Positions 61,787-64,000 of a stretch of DNA of 64,000 bases are shown here, one piece after another. Below the pieces are notes generated by a model. That model was given only the letters and a program-made list of their open reading frames with translations, made no database searches and was not told where the DNA came from. Source of the DNA: Podarcis erhardii (Eukaryota); assembly GCA_964252035.1 (NCBI GenBank), contig OZ176208.1. The stretch is one strand, 5' to 3'. The translations under genes were made by a program, and so were the position numbers. Position 1 is the first letter of the stretch. The number at the start of each line of letters is the position of its first letter.

Positions 61787-64000
61787 AAAAGCAGCTCAAA
61801 AGACCCTTCCACTAAACTAAAGGGCGGTAGTGGGGAGGGGAAGGAAAAGAATTAAGTTCTGTCAGATTTGGACCACTGGTGTACACATGCATTCTCATTC
61901 ACACATGTACACACACACACACACACACACACACGCGTAACCATACACACGTCCAGAACGTTTTGTGAACTCCAGTACGCTCCATTCTAGGATGGTCATG
62001 AAAAGCAATAGCAACAGACGTGTCTGCTTGGATGCAATTTCATCATTAACTCGGTGTGTCCATTTCACTGACACTGGAAGGTGATCAGAAGAGTTACTCA
62101 CCTCCTTGGTGGTTCGTAATGATGTAACTGAAAAGACAGCTGGTGTGTTTTCTACCTTTCTTCAGTCCCTGGTTGTTGTTATTTTTTTAAGCAGAAGAAA
62201 GCACTTCAAGGTGATTATTTATAGCTTGTTTTGGATGGACATGTCTTTCTTCCTCTCAACACCCCCCCCCCGGAGCTTTTTCAAAAGTTCAGCCCAGAAA
62301 TCTGAATAATTTTATGGGTCACCAAGTTAGTGAATGAGGTAAACATTCCTTTGGAAAGAAATGGTGCTTCAGAGCAGTGTCTTGGTCTGAAGCTTCTTTT
62401 CATCGTGGTTTTAGTGGGACTTGGAGATTTGTGCTTCCAGATCTCCCAGCCAGGAGACAGGTGACTGGATTTACTGAAGTTGGTGACTTGCTACTTAATG
62501 TTATTAGTTCGCATTCAGAGTTTCATGGCTTGCACATATGATACCAAGTGAGAGAAGATGAAGGTGATAATAATGGGATTAAAAGTCAGCCTGTTCTTGC
62601 AGCCTATTTGCTATATTTTCTGTCATCACAAATTTCTCATTCCTTAATGGTCTTCCCTATGATTAGTATGTAATGAGATTCACACTCCCCCCCTCCTTCT
62701 TCTTCAGAGGTATTTCACTCAGATTTCCTTCTGGCCATCAGAGCACTGAAGTTCATTGAAACTCTTTTTGGTAAGGGGAAAAGAGGACAGAAATTTCTGG
62801 AAGTGTGGGGGAAGAAGCTAGGTGATATTGGCCATAATAGGAAAGTTACAAATGGACTGAGGCTATTTTTTGCATAACCACCTTTACCACCACCAAAACT
62901 CTAGTTCACTCTTGCTTCCTCTTTTCATAGGTGAAAACACTTCCTACTTCCAAGGTCCCTTTCAGTCAATAGGGGTAAGAATGTGCGCACACTCCATCAA
63001 ATGTACAGCTCTGTGCTCATTCTGCTACATGAAGGGCCAATCCTTCAATTCAGGTAGAGGACATGTGTTCATGGGTGACAGCAAAAGCACACGAGGGCTG
63101 AGATTATTCCCTGCATAACCTTTAGTCAAATGAAAAACTAGCACATTCAGACCTGCATTGAAGCAATTCAATAGTGTGCGCAAACAGTGGGAAAGAGGCT
63201 CAGAGGCACTGAGGCACTTTTACTGGCATGTGTGAAAAGATACTCTCACAAAGCGTTCTGTTGTTGTTCCTGGTATGGAACAACTCTTGCTCCCTGGCTT
63301 CTGAACTTACTTGGATGTAGATCCTCAGCGGGTTAAAGAAAATGATGAGGCTCTTCTTCCCATGTCATATTTTTGAATTGTAATAGAAACCTGAAACATT
63401 CCAAAAAGAATTAACTGTCAGTTTCAACTGCATATGTTGAAAAGGATTGCCATTAAACTGCTGGGACTCAAGAGATCTTGCATTGTGCTGTAGTTTCAGG
63501 GGATTTGCTGTTGATGCAGAGGGCAATTGTATATTTCAATCAAAATACTTAAGCGTTAAGGAGGACTTTTCAGCTTGTTGTCTTTCATAAAAGGGTACGC
63601 TATTACTCCTCACAATATGAACAGTGATTTAAATTGCGGTAGGTAAATAGGCTTAGCACTGTAGCCTGTGCTTAAAAAAAAAATATACAATAGAAACAGA
63701 ATCTATTAGATTTCCTGCATTAGAGTAGTACTATAAGGATTGTTCAGATATAATGCCATCTGCCCATAGTTTGGCACTTTGCGAACAGGTCCTATGCTCA
63801 CATGTTCCCACTCACTCAGTGGCTAGATTTTGTAGGGCCTGGCAAAATGGCTACAGCAGCTACCTCCCTCTTCATTTCCTGAGGGGAACCTTGCAATGGG
63901 TGGTAGGAGCTGAATGTCTATCCTGAGAAGAGGGGAATACACGCCTAAGGGGCTTATTCATGTAGCACCATGAATTTGGTTTGGTGTTCCATCTGAAGCA
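61787..64000 (+). other. RNF150: RNF150 3'UTR (probably continues beyond window)
   Basis: Follows the stop codon; no AATAAA seen, only ATTAAA at 62578 and 63452; (AC)n at 61909-61934; end not determinable. Confidence 0.6.

Noticed and set aside
62578-63457. ATTAAA hexamers as the RNF150 poly(A) site
   Set aside because: Cannot be distinguished from chance without 3'-end data; the UTR probably extends beyond the window

Overview
Vertebrate genomic DNA, most likely a squamate and probably a lacertid lizard (inferred from Sauria-SINE, Squam-type SINE, BovB and L2 repeats). The window holds the 3' part of RNF150 (PA-TM-RING-H2 E3 ligase) on the + strand: coding exons 2-7 at 37634-37884, 47146-47217, 47740-47822, 49016-49112, 50189-50399 and 61668-61786, all with AG/GT boundaries and consistent phases, then 3'UTR. 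Exon 1 lies upstream, so 1-37633 is intron 1. The introns are dense in transposable elements. The most notable is a probably near-full-length L2-clade LINE with an uninterrupted 990-aa endonuclease-RT ORF (14599-17571), no recognisable ORF1 and a 5' region of tandem GC-box monomers. Others are a 5'-truncated L1 with an 18-bp TSD, a BovB 3' fragment, CR1 fragments, a solo LTR, a Tigger/pogo transposase relic, several Tc1/mariner and hAT MITEs, SINEs and microsatellites. I see no clearly novel biological system. The best leads are the intact L2 and its 5' architecture, a ~40-bp module shared between MITEs of two superfamilies, and a splice-donor-like start of the terminal exon. Repeat family names come from recalled consensus features, not from a database search.
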